A program made the translations under genes and the position numbers. From positions 1-38,735 of the forward strand of contig MRSU01003158.1 of the NCBI GenBank assembly GCA_008369845.1: a stretch of DNA of 38,735 nucleotides. The letters run 5' to 3'. The notes beneath the pieces were generated by a model. It searched no databases, had not been told where the DNA came from, and saw nothing but the letters and a program-made list of their open reading frames with translations. Each line of letters starts with the position of its first letter. Position 1 is the stretch's first letter. The stretch is from Trichomonas gallinae (Eukaryota). Positions 30,535-38,735 of the stretch are shown here, piece by piece.

Positions 30535-33500
30535 ATGTCATTGTGGAATCTTTCTGTTGGCCTTGTTGAGAAAATCTTCGCAATCAAGGATATAGACCAG
30601 CCCGATATCAATGACATTGGTGAAGATTTGAACAATGCCGCTAAATTAGTCGCGATTCCAACACTTGAAAGTTCGAAGCTGCAGAAAATCCTTGATGATT
30701 ATAGTAATAATTCATCATGGGAGTCAGCTTTCAGTTCGAGTGGTATTCAATTGAGTTTTCGCTTCGATTTCGCTAAACAATTTTCAAATCCAATAAAAGA
30801 ATCAGAAAAATCTGTCGATTACGTCACCATCCGCATCTTATATAACACTCTTGCGTTTATGGCTCAGCATACGATTGAAACAAGCGGCGATTTATTTATG
30901 CCGGTTTTATCTTCATTGATTTATGCATTAAATAGCGTATTTTCTGAAGTTGCTGCTGAAATGTATGAGGTTATATTCAGAGATGTTCTAACAATGAAGG
31001 AATTTTACACATATAATTTAGATGTCAACGAATTACAAACTTATTTACAAAAATATCCAAGTATCGATTTTATTAAATATGTCTTAACAAAGACAATAGA
31101 GTCCGGAGCTTCTACGTCTTCGAAATTCTTTTCGCAAATTTTAGAATCTTTTCCGATTATCTTGGCTGACATCAAAATCGAGTCAGATGAAGATATTGTA
31201 TCGATTGTTCAGTTGTTTATTCCTTATCTTTGCAGTTTAGATTTACCAAGTTTATCCTTCTTTGGAAGTGTTATTCCACGCGTAGATCAGCACCTCGCCT
31301 TGCATGATATAGTTGTCAATATCACGAAGTCGTTTATTGCTCTAATCAAAGAAACAAATAAAATCCAAATCAAGAGAATCGAGAAACAATCACCAATGTT
31401 ATTACACATGTCATCAACATATACAAAATTCCACGAAAAAGTTTTCGAAACTGATCTTGATGCTACAAAATATCCAAATATTCCAACAGTTTTGTCCTAC
31501 TCGGAGTTGACCAGTCAAAATGAGGCAGAATTAGTAGAATTCATGATCAAAGCATTCAAGGATGCTCCAAGCTGTTGCTCTTTGTTTGTTGACATGGTTA
31601 TGGACGAAATTAAGTCTAACATCAATACAGACCACTATTTCTCACTGTGGAATGCTGCTGCCGAGATTGTCATCAAAGTCAAGCAACTTTCAAACACAAA
31701 GGTTGATAATTCTCCATTAAATGTTTCAAAGCCACTTTTCTACGAAGGAGATACAGTTTTCAATCAGTCAGAAGACTTTACTAAGCTGAACAGCTTACGT
31801 GACAGATTTATTGACTTATTCCTCGAAGATTATGAAATCGATGAATTTGATCAGTTCTTTTCCGACATGTCACAGTCTCCTCTTCTCATGTCCGAGTTTT
31901 GCTTGAGATTGATCAACAGAAATGCGAAAGCTATCGAGAAATACACAACAGATCCGAAATACATCGAATCTATTATGAAATCGACTGCTTTGTATCAAAA
32001 CATATTCTTCGAGTCCAACAATGAGACGATTATTACAGCCAGAGAATGCACACTCATTTTATTGAAATATCTCCTCCAAAACGACACAGCGAAGGAATTT
32101 TTCTTCTCCAACAAAGAAAGTGCACAGAACTTCTTGACTTTCTTGTTCGAGCCAAATCTCATAGATCTCGTTTTAGGACCACTTAAAGAATTTCTCATGA
32201 TCCCATCGACAAGCAAGGTTACAAACGTGACTTGCTCTTTAACTGAGATCATAGCAGCTGCATCTAAGTATTTACCTGAAAACAGAGCAGTTTCATTATT
32301 ATCGAGAATTATTTTGACTTTAAACGACGCTTGCACCGTTAATTCAAACTGCAGATGTGACTTCATTGATATCGTTCCATTATTTACGGAAATCTACAAC
32401 GCATTAGATAAAAACGAATTATCCCGCCAATTCGTTAAATTCTCATTATCATTCTTAGCCTTAATGAGCGCATTCTCTGTTATCAAAGAAGTAGAACTCG
32501 AAGCTTTGTCAAAATGCGTTAAAAGAATTTCTGATGAAGATTATCACTTTTATAACGAAATTCTCTATCATTTCATGGAGCTTCTCTCAGGAAACTATCT
32601 CTCCTCCAAGTCCTGCTCGTTTGTGATCAAGAGTCTCGAAATTCCAAAATATCTCCTCAAATTGTACTGGAAGACACCATATTTCACATCAGTTATTGAC
32701 AACTTCAAGCAGCTTTGCACATTCAGCTCGAATAACATCGAACTTCTCTGCACAGCTGGTGTCGATATAATGATTTTGAATTTATTGGACGAAGCTAAGA
32801 ACGACAAGGAGTCAAATCCAGCATACGTCGATGCTATGATGGATCTCTTCTTCATAACATGCTCAATACACTCGAAGAACCAAACAGTCCTGAAATTCAT
32901 TTCTCTTTTCTCTCCAACGAATACAAAAGAAGTTTCACAGTACAACTACAAGTTCCTTCAAGCTCTCAACCACATAATAGAAGACAGCAACGAGCACAAC
33001 ATAAGATATTACCCTCTAAACAAGACAATCGTCGAATGCCCAATCCACGAATTTCCGTCTATAACCGACAGCTTTGCTTTTTGCTGCTGGTTATACATTG
33101 AGCATAACAACGCCGACTACAGACCTTTTGTCTTCAATTTCCAGAACGGACAAGCTGAGATAGGAATCTTCATTTCAGGACAATCATTATGTTACGTTGT
33201 CTCCCAGGGTGAGATGCAGGCATCAACTAAAATCAATGCAACATTGCCATTACAAAAATGGTGCTTCTTGGCAATTTCTGTCAAATTCTATTCAAACAGA
33301 ATCCAATGCAACACATCTATCGACTTAAAGAAGTGCGAAGCAACAAATATGCCGAGAGTTGACTTGACAGAAAAAGCCACTTTCTACATAAGAGGCGGAA
33401 ACTATCAGAAAGAGCCAGACACACCACATAGAATGGCTTTCCCAGTTTTGTTGAATTACTTAGAGCAAAACGAATTCGCTAAAATCCGCCAATTGGGAAT

Positions 33501-36500
33501 CAAAACCGTCACTGAAGTGCCAAACTCAATTTATATCTTTAATCATGACAAATACTTGATGGAGATTATCCCACAATTCTTGCACACTTTGATCTACAAT
33601 GATTTGATTCCAGCTTTGTATCCACTCTTCATGTATTCCGAGTCCAATCCAACTTACTACTTCGAGAGCGCAATTTCCATCATGACTAATTTAATGAAAT
33701 TCTCGAAGCAAGCACAGACATCTTTCTATAATTCGAAAGGCATCGAAATCATTTCCCATTTGTTGTATGAACAGTGGAACAGGAATTTGACACCAAAGAT
33801 CTACTCATATTTCGAAGGATTCTTGGAGGCTGTTGGCGAGGATCTCCAAAAGGCGATTTTCTCTAAGATATTGACAAATTTCGACATATTAGTACAAATG
33901 CAACAAGAATATCAAATCAAGATAATTAAGTCATGGGCGAACAAATTGTTTGTGAATTACGATGATTTGGCAATCGAATGCTGCAACTACGACAAGATTT
34001 TGGCAGCACTAAGAACACATTACTACTATGAACCACTTGAAACAGACATCATTGTTCCCAGAAAGTACGATATTGATGTCACGAACATCAGAAAAGCTTT
34101 GTTTGTTTTGCTTTTGAGGTTCGGACAAAGCCACTTCGATTTTCCATTCTTCGGTTCAATGGTTTCGCACATTTTGGCCATCAAAGACAAGAAACAGGTT
34201 AGCGAGTTGATGGAGACATGTCTCAATTATGTCAACAGTGGATACTGCAAGTTCAATTTCGCTGATCCAAAGTATTTCACTAAATTCATCGAAATCTTCT
34301 CAATCAACCAAGTTTTCTTCAGATGCTTCGTGCTTGAAATTTCTCAAACCTTATTGAAGTTCAAGGAATACAAGTCAGAGTTCTTCGTTGATGTCGCCAA
34401 GCGTTTGATCTCAGTTTACTCAAAGAGCCAGCAAGATTTGACTCTTTACGATGCTGTTCTCAAGTCATTGAAGAACCTGCCTGAGTTTACTTCACTCGCT
34501 TGTGCATTAGCCGTCAAATTCGAGCCAAAGCACATGAACCAAGTCTTGGATTATCTTTCAGCTGATAGCTTCATTAAAGTTGACAGGACAGGATTCATGT
34601 GGCCTGTTATTTTGCTGTTCAAACTCGACAACGAACACGCGACGACATTAATGGAATTCATCTGTGTTGCTAAAGACAGATGGAACGACATTTTCGCTAT
34701 GTTCGAAGTTATCGGAGGCACAAGAAACTTGCAAACATATGAACTCAAGGTCTTGTTCATCACAACAGCAGCAAGATTATTAATTGAGAAGCAGATTCAT
34801 CCATCTAAGCCAACATTAGATACTTTCTTCCAGATTTCACAAGGCTACATATTGTATAGAGATGCAAATGAGCCTAATCCGAAACTCGTTAGCATGATTT
34901 CCGAGACATACCAAGAGTTCCAAGACACATCTATGACATCGAGAATTATGTTCAGACTCAGATTCACTCCTGAAGGCGACTGGGCGGATGAAATCGTCGC
35001 AAGAAGGATCATCGATGTTTTTCTCGAGTTCAACTGCACGAAGCATACATCATTCATTTTGACATTAATCGGCTTCATGATGAGAACAAAGAATCCATCA
35101 ATCAACTACGAACTTACAAAGATGTCTTTGACCGAGAAAGAAAGAACTGAGTACATGGATGCTATCACATATTACGCCTACGAATGCCAGAGAGTCAAGA
35201 AGCCATGCTACTTCTCAAAGACTTCAGTACCTAAGAACGGCCAATTCTTGTTCGACTACTTCGAGAAAATCTCTGCTTCACCATTCACTTACACTTTAGT
35301 ATCTGAAATCAGAGATTCAATCATCATGACCAACAGAGAACTCCATACTTCTTTGTCTGTTTTGAGAGACACAGAAGTCGAAGACATGGTCTCAGAAATG
35401 GATGCTAAATGCAAGAAGTTCGGTTTGCATTCACGCACGTTTAATCTCAAGGATGGATTCTTCTGGGAGGTTCTTTGGTCTAATCTGGCCATCGATGGAG
35501 GATTATGGATGACAGCCAAAGACCCACAGCCGAAGAACTACAGGATAAACTGCGGCACGATCGGCGGAGTTCCACTCAAGTTTGGCGAGAAGCCAATCAA
35601 CAGGAGAGACGAAGCACAAGAATTCACGAGTGAAGAGAAACTAGCTAGTTATCCAGGCATGTGGATTTCTTACGGCAACAAACTCGCCTGCTACTTCGAG
35701 CTCAATCCAGAATGCTTAGTCATGAGATCACTGCAGCACACAATTGCAATCCCTGTCAACGAAATCAGAACAGCAGTTTTAACTGATGTTGGCGAAAAGG
35801 TAACAAGAATCGAGTTCATGTCTATGAATGGCGACTCATTTTTGATTGAGTTCACTGGTGTCGACAGCCGCAACATCTGCAACTCACTGATGAACGCCAA
35901 GCCAACACACTTAGAGTACTGCATCGTCGACAACTTGAAGGAGGTCTTCGAAGAAAACAAGTGGATGGAAGAATGGAAGAACCGCAAGATCACAAACTTC
36001 AATTACATCTGCTTGTTGAACTCATTGACAGGAAGATCATTCGACTCACTCGAGAAGTACCCTGTCTTCCCGAATATCACAGAAAACAGAGACTTCTCGA
36101 CTCTTCTTAAGATCCCTGACGAAGTATATGTCAGGAAGTTATTGGCAAATGTAAATCCATATTTGTCAGATGTCAAGCTAGAGATTAACCCTGAATACGA
36201 AGTCATCCCAGAGTACTACTCGTCTCCAGAAGTATTCGAGAAGACTTTCGAGAACAGCTTCGACTTCATCTACAAGAACAGGCAACTCCTCGAAAGCGAA
36301 GATGTCTCTGCCAACTTACACAAGTGGATCAATGCAATGTTCCCAGAATTCGGAGTCCACGAACAGAGGAATCCAGAGGTTGCAGTTCAGAGAGTTCCAG
36401 CACAGATGAGTGCTGGAATGAAGGGAATCTGCATCGCTTCATTCGAGAACAGACACTTCTCACTTTTGCTAGAAACATCTAAGATCCTTAAGTTCGACAT

Positions 36501-37335
36501 TGACCTTGAAAGAGTCTTCAATCCAGACAATAACGGAATTAACTTTGATGATGAAAACGGCTGCCACAACTTCCTCGATTACAACATCGAATCCGCTGAA
36601 TGCTTGATCCCAACTAACGCGAAATCAATCGTAGCTTTAGAAGGAGACAGATTCGCATTCGTCAGATCTGTCAGACCATATCTACAGATTGTCGGATCCA
36701 ATGGTGTGATGAACGCGCCAATTCCATCAACATCTGAAGTCACATGCGTCGCTAAGTCAGGAAACTACATCGCGATCGGCTCAGTTAATGCTGAGCTGTT
36801 CGTTTTGTGTGACGGAAAGCTTAAGTTCTCTGCAAAGACTTTCAGAGATCCATTCCAGTGCATCGCTGTTTCAGACACATTCGGATGCATTGCTGTTGCA
36901 ACGACAACAGGCTCGTTAAGTGTTTTCAGCTTAGCTACAGGCAATGCGATCTTCAACATCGATTTGAAGGGCATCAAGCCTAAAGAGTTGTTGATTTCGC
37001 CATCGTGGGGATTCATCGTCATGCAGGGAACAAAAGTCACCGAAGTCAAGGAAGAAAACTTCTTGCAGATGTTCAGCATCAACGGCAAGTTGATCTTCGA
37101 GAAGATGCTTGAAACGAATATCGCATGCTGGAACTACTTCAGCGACGCACAGGGCTTCGATCACGTCATTTTGTGCATAGACAAGAGAATCGAAATTTGC
37201 GAACTCAACGAAACTGCTGAATTCAAGACAGTTCGCACCGAGGAAGAGAGAATTATTGCGATTAGCTACGTAAGAGAAGTCAATGGTGTGATCTACATCA
37301 CATCAGCAGGAAACATTCACGTGGTGCCGCTTTAA
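30535..37335 (+). CDS. BEACH-domain family protein (ARM-like region, ConA/LamG-like domain, PH-BEACH, shortened BEACH, WD40 repeats), 2266 aa
   Basis: FAFCCWLYIE...LPLQKWCFLAIS (ConA-like); WKNRKITNFNYICLLNSLTGRSFDSLEKYPVFP, VIPEYYSSPEVF and RQLLESEDVSANLHKWI (BEACH); C-terminal WD40-like strands. Confidence 0.92.
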   Translation: MSLWNLSVGLVEKIFAIKDIDQPDINDIGEDLNNAAKLVAIPTLESSKLQKILDDYSNNSSWESAFSSSGIQLSFRFDFAKQFSNPIKESEKSVDYVTIRILYNTLAFMAQHTIETSGDLFMPVLSSLIYALNSVFSEVAAEMYEVIFRDVLTMKEFYTYNLDVNELQTYLQKYPSIDFIKYVLTKTIESGASTSSKFFSQILESFPIILADIKIESDEDIVSIVQLFIPYLCSLDLPSLSFFGSVIPRVDQHLALHDIVVNITKSFIALIKETNKIQIKRIEKQSPMLLHMSSTYTKFHEKVFETDLDATKYPNIPTVLSYSELTSQNEAELVEFMIKAFKDAPSCCSLFVDMVMDEIKSNINTDHYFSLWNAAAEIVIKVKQLSNTKVDNSPLNVSKPLFYEGDTVFNQSEDFTKLNSLRDRFIDLFLEDYEIDEFDQFFSDMSQSPLLMSEFCLRLINRNAKAIEKYTTDPKYIESIMKSTALYQNIFFESNNETIITARECTLILLKYLLQNDTAKEFFFSNKESAQNFLTFLFEPNLIDLVLGPLKEFLMIPSTSKVTNVTCSLTEIIAAASKYLPENRAVSLLSRIILTLNDACTVNSNCRCDFIDIVPLFTEIYNALDKNELSRQFVKFSLSFLALMSAFSVIKEVELEALSKCVKRISDEDYHFYNEILYHFMELLSGNYLSSKSCSFVIKSLEIPKYLLKLYWKTPYFTSVIDNFKQLCTFSSNNIELLCTAGVDIMILNLLDEAKNDKESNPAYVDAMMDLFFITCSIHSKNQTVLKFISLFSPTNTKEVSQYNYKFLQALNHIIEDSNEHNIRYYPLNKTIVECPIHEFPSITDSFAFCCWLYIEHNNADYRPFVFNFQNGQAEIGIFISGQSLCYVVSQGEMQASTKINATLPLQKWCFLAISVKFYSNRIQCNTSIDLKKCEATNMPRVDLTEKATFYIRGGNYQKEPDTPHRMAFPVLLNYLEQNEFAKIRQLGIKTVTEVPNSIYIFNHDKYLMEIIPQFLHTLIYNDLIPALYPLFMYSESNPTYYFESAISIMTNLMKFSKQAQTSFYNSKGIEIISHLLYEQWNRNLTPKIYSYFEGFLEAVGEDLQKAIFSKILTNFDILVQMQQEYQIKIIKSWANKLFVNYDDLAIECCNYDKILAALRTHYYYEPLETDIIVPRKYDIDVTNIRKALFVLLLRFGQSHFDFPFFGSMVSHILAIKDKKQVSELMETCLNYVNSGYCKFNFADPKYFTKFIEIFSINQVFFRCFVLEISQTLLKFKEYKSEFFVDVAKRLISVYSKSQQDLTLYDAVLKSLKNLPEFTSLACALAVKFEPKHMNQVLDYLSADSFIKVDRTGFMWPVILLFKLDNEHATTLMEFICVAKDRWNDIFAMFEVIGGTRNLQTYELKVLFITTAARLLIEKQIHPSKPTLDTFFQISQGYILYRDANEPNPKLVSMISETYQEFQDTSMTSRIMFRLRFTPEGDWADEIVARRIIDVFLEFNCTKHTSFILTLIGFMMRTKNPSINYELTKMSLTEKERTEYMDAITYYAYECQRVKKPCYFSKTSVPKNGQFLFDYFEKISASPFTYTLVSEIRDSIIMTNRELHTSLSVLRDTEVEDMVSEMDAKCKKFGLHSRTFNLKDGFFWEVLWSNLAIDGGLWMTAKDPQPKNYRINCGTIGGVPLKFGEKPINRRDEAQEFTSEEKLASYPGMWISYGNKLACYFELNPECLVMRSLQHTIAIPVNEIRTAVLTDVGEKVTRIEFMSMNGDSFLIEFTGVDSRNICNSLMNAKPTHLEYCIVDNLKEVFEENKWMEEWKNRKITNFNYICLLNSLTGRSFDSLEKYPVFPNITENRDFSTLLKIPDEVYVRKLLANVNPYLSDVKLEINPEYEVIPEYYSSPEVFEKTFENSFDFIYKNRQLLESEDVSANLHKWINAMFPEFGVHEQRNPEVAVQRVPAQMSAGMKGICIASFENRHFSLLLETSKILKFDIDLERVFNPDNNGINFDDENGCHNFLDYNIESAECLIPTNAKSIVALEGDRFAFVRSVRPYLQIVGSNGVMNAPIPSTSEVTCVAKSGNYIAIGSVNAELFVLCDGKLKFSAKTFRDPFQCIAVSDTFGCIAVATTTGSLSVFSLATGNAIFNIDLKGIKPKELLISPSWGFIVMQGTKVTEVKEENFLQMFSINGKLIFEKMLETNIACWNYFSDAQGFDHVILCIDKRIEICELNETAEFKTVRTEEERIIAISYVREVNGVIYITSAGNIHVVPL

Positions 37336-37606
37336 TTATTTTGTTATTTTGTAAAATTTTAATTTTTCGTTTATTTCTTAACTATACAATATTTCTCTTG
37401 AATCATATATACTTAGACAATAAAGAAAAATGAAAATAAGAAATATTTGTTAAAGAAATCAAAATTGTCAAAATAAATTTAAATTGGGCACTAAATTAGA
37501 ATCTATACATGATAGATATTTTTTTGTGATTACTAAAATAGATTAAATGAAACTGAAAATGTTCATAAAGTATCACTAGAACACATTTATGGAACAAAAT
37601 GTCATA

Positions 37607-37678
37607 GGGTGCATAGCTCAGTGGTAGAGCGCAACATTTGCATTGTTGAGGCCGAGGATTCGATCTCCCCTGCATCCA
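37607..37678 (+). tRNA. tRNA-Ala (anticodon TGC)
   Basis: GGGTGCA-TA-GCTC-AGTGGTA-GAGC-G-CAACA-TTTGCAT-TGTTG-AGGCC-GAGGA-TTCGATC-TCCCC-TGCATCC-A. It has the G3:U70 Ala identity pair, A73 and an immediate T-run terminator; the T-stem is atypical. Confidence 0.9.
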
Positions 37679-37686
37679 TTTTTTTT
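37679..37686 (+). terminator. RNA polymerase III oligo-T terminator of tRNA-Ala
   Basis: Run of 8 T directly after the discriminator base. Confidence 0.75.
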
Positions 37687-37745
37687 CCTTTTTCTAAAAT
37701 TTTGTCATATTTTTCGTTTACTTGTCAAAATTTTGTTATTTTATT

Positions 37746-38414
37746 ATGGATCCAGTTCCTATTCTACAGCAAGAGATTGATATAGCAATGGCAAAGCTTA
37801 GAAAGAATTTGGCGAACAGAGATGATATATTGGCTGACAAAAGAGGAGGAAATGTTGATAATTTTAATATGTTAGGAATTCAAATGATGAATGATACAAG
37901 AAATCTACGTACATCACTAGCTGATATCAGTGAATCGATTGAAACAGTAAAAAAACACATGGATGATTATAACATTTCAGAAACTACATTAATTCAACGA
38001 GAACAATATGTTAAACATAACCTAGAAGAGATTACTAAGATAGAAGAAAGCATACAAGCGCAAAATAACAGAATATCGACAATTAAAAAATCTCAAGCTT
38101 ACGCTGGGCCTCAAACATTCAGCAATTCAGGTAACCAGCAGACTTTAGAACAGTTGGTGCGACAAGATCAGCTTGAGGAATTATATTCATCAGTGAACTC
38201 TCAAAAAGTTATCGCAAATCAGATTAAAAACGAGCTAGACGATCAAAAGATCCTTATTGATCAGCTTGATGATGATGTCACGAACGCTGAAGAAGCAATG
38301 AAGAAAGTTACAAAAGAAATTAAGAAATTACTAGAAATTGAAGGCAAAACGCCAACTCTTCTCGTTTTTGTCCTTTCCATCATCTTTATTATCCTTCTTT
38401 TTATTGTTGTATAA
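37746..38414 (+). CDS. Syntaxin-6/Tlg1-like Qc-SNARE
   Basis: ATG 37746 (MDPVPILQQEI, Syntaxin-6_N-like; ISETTLIQREQYV), SNARE motif QDQLEELYSSVNSQKVIANQIKNELDDQKILIDQL, C-terminal TM anchor, and Inr-like TCATAT at about 37706. Confidence 0.88.
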   Translation: MDPVPILQQEIDIAMAKLRKNLANRDDILADKRGGNVDNFNMLGIQMMNDTRNLRTSLADISESIETVKKHMDDYNISETTLIQREQYVKHNLEEITKIEESIQAQNNRISTIKKSQAYAGPQTFSNSGNQQTLEQLVRQDQLEELYSSVNSQKVIANQIKNELDDQKILIDQLDDDVTNAEEAMKKVTKEIKKLLEIEGKTPTLLVFVLSIIFIILLFIVV

Positions 38415-38662
38415 TATCATTATAAATTTTTGTTGTATTTAGTTTGTTTAGTAGAATTTTATGTTTTAAATAGATGGTATCATCAATCTTGGTCTATTAA
38501 AATGAGAATTTTGGGTGTATTGCTCAAAATTTGATCTCGAACTATAAAGAATGATTATTTTGTGATTATTTAATGAAAAATTGACGTATTTAACAAATAC
38601 ATATATAACGTCTTTAATAAACATACATACAATATAACAAAAAAAATAATATTAAAATAATA

Positions 38663-38735
38663 TTACGGTTCAACGAGATAAGTGAACATTTTCTCGTTCT
38701 TGACGTCAATCTCCCCGCGCTCTTTGATATTGAAC
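38663..38735 (-). CDS. 3' end of a class III adenylate/guanylate cyclase gene entering from the right edge
   Basis: Minus strand reads ...FNIKERGEIDVKNEKMFTYLVEP-TAA, matching the RG.I.VKGKG.M.TY C-terminal motif of class III cyclase catalytic domains. Confidence 0.8.
   Translation of the reverse strand, partial: FNIKERGEIDVKNEKMFTYLVEP

Noticed and set aside
31995..37164. Antisense ORFs (60-123 aa) inside the BEACH gene
   Set aside because: Shadows of the sense codon bias, with no independent evidence.
30535..38414. Functional cluster of membrane-trafficking genes (BEACH, syntaxin, plus the spastizin-like gene 26 kb away)
   Set aside because: Trafficking families are large in this lineage and the genes have separate promoters; adjacency alone is not evidence of a system.

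Overview
AT-rich eukaryotic genomic DNA with compact, apparently intronless genes and TCA(T/C)(T/A) initiator-like elements just upstream of ATGs. The gene families present point to a trichomonad (Trichomonas vaginalis-like); this is inferred from sequence style, not verified. The window holds about 13 intact CDSs: a spastizin/ZFYVE26-like C-terminal-domain protein, two beta-helix-like surface-type proteins, a GT61-like glycosyltransferase, an ARM-fold protein, a PH-domain protein, a double-BTB coiled-coil protein, a bromodomain+ET protein, two small hypothetical proteins, a nucleoplasmin-like protein, a long coiled-coil protein, and a BEACH/WD40 protein. A syntaxin-6-like Qc-SNARE makes 14. 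Two further CDSs are truncated by the window edges, one of them a class III nucleotidyl cyclase C-terminus. Also present are tRNA-Cys(GCA), tRNA-Ala(TGC), a disrupted ankyrin pseudogene and a 215-bp TTAA-flanked MITE. The main unexplained signals are: (1) a recurring intergenic motif TTTACRTGNCAAA lying about 43-49 bp upstream of four start codons and forming an exactly 32-bp-phased four-copy array; (2) a possible heavily decayed hAT transposase relic; (3) a BEACH domain with large internal deletions; (4) a non-canonical T-arm in tRNA-Ala. No prokaryote-type system (CRISPR, operon, prophage) is supported.
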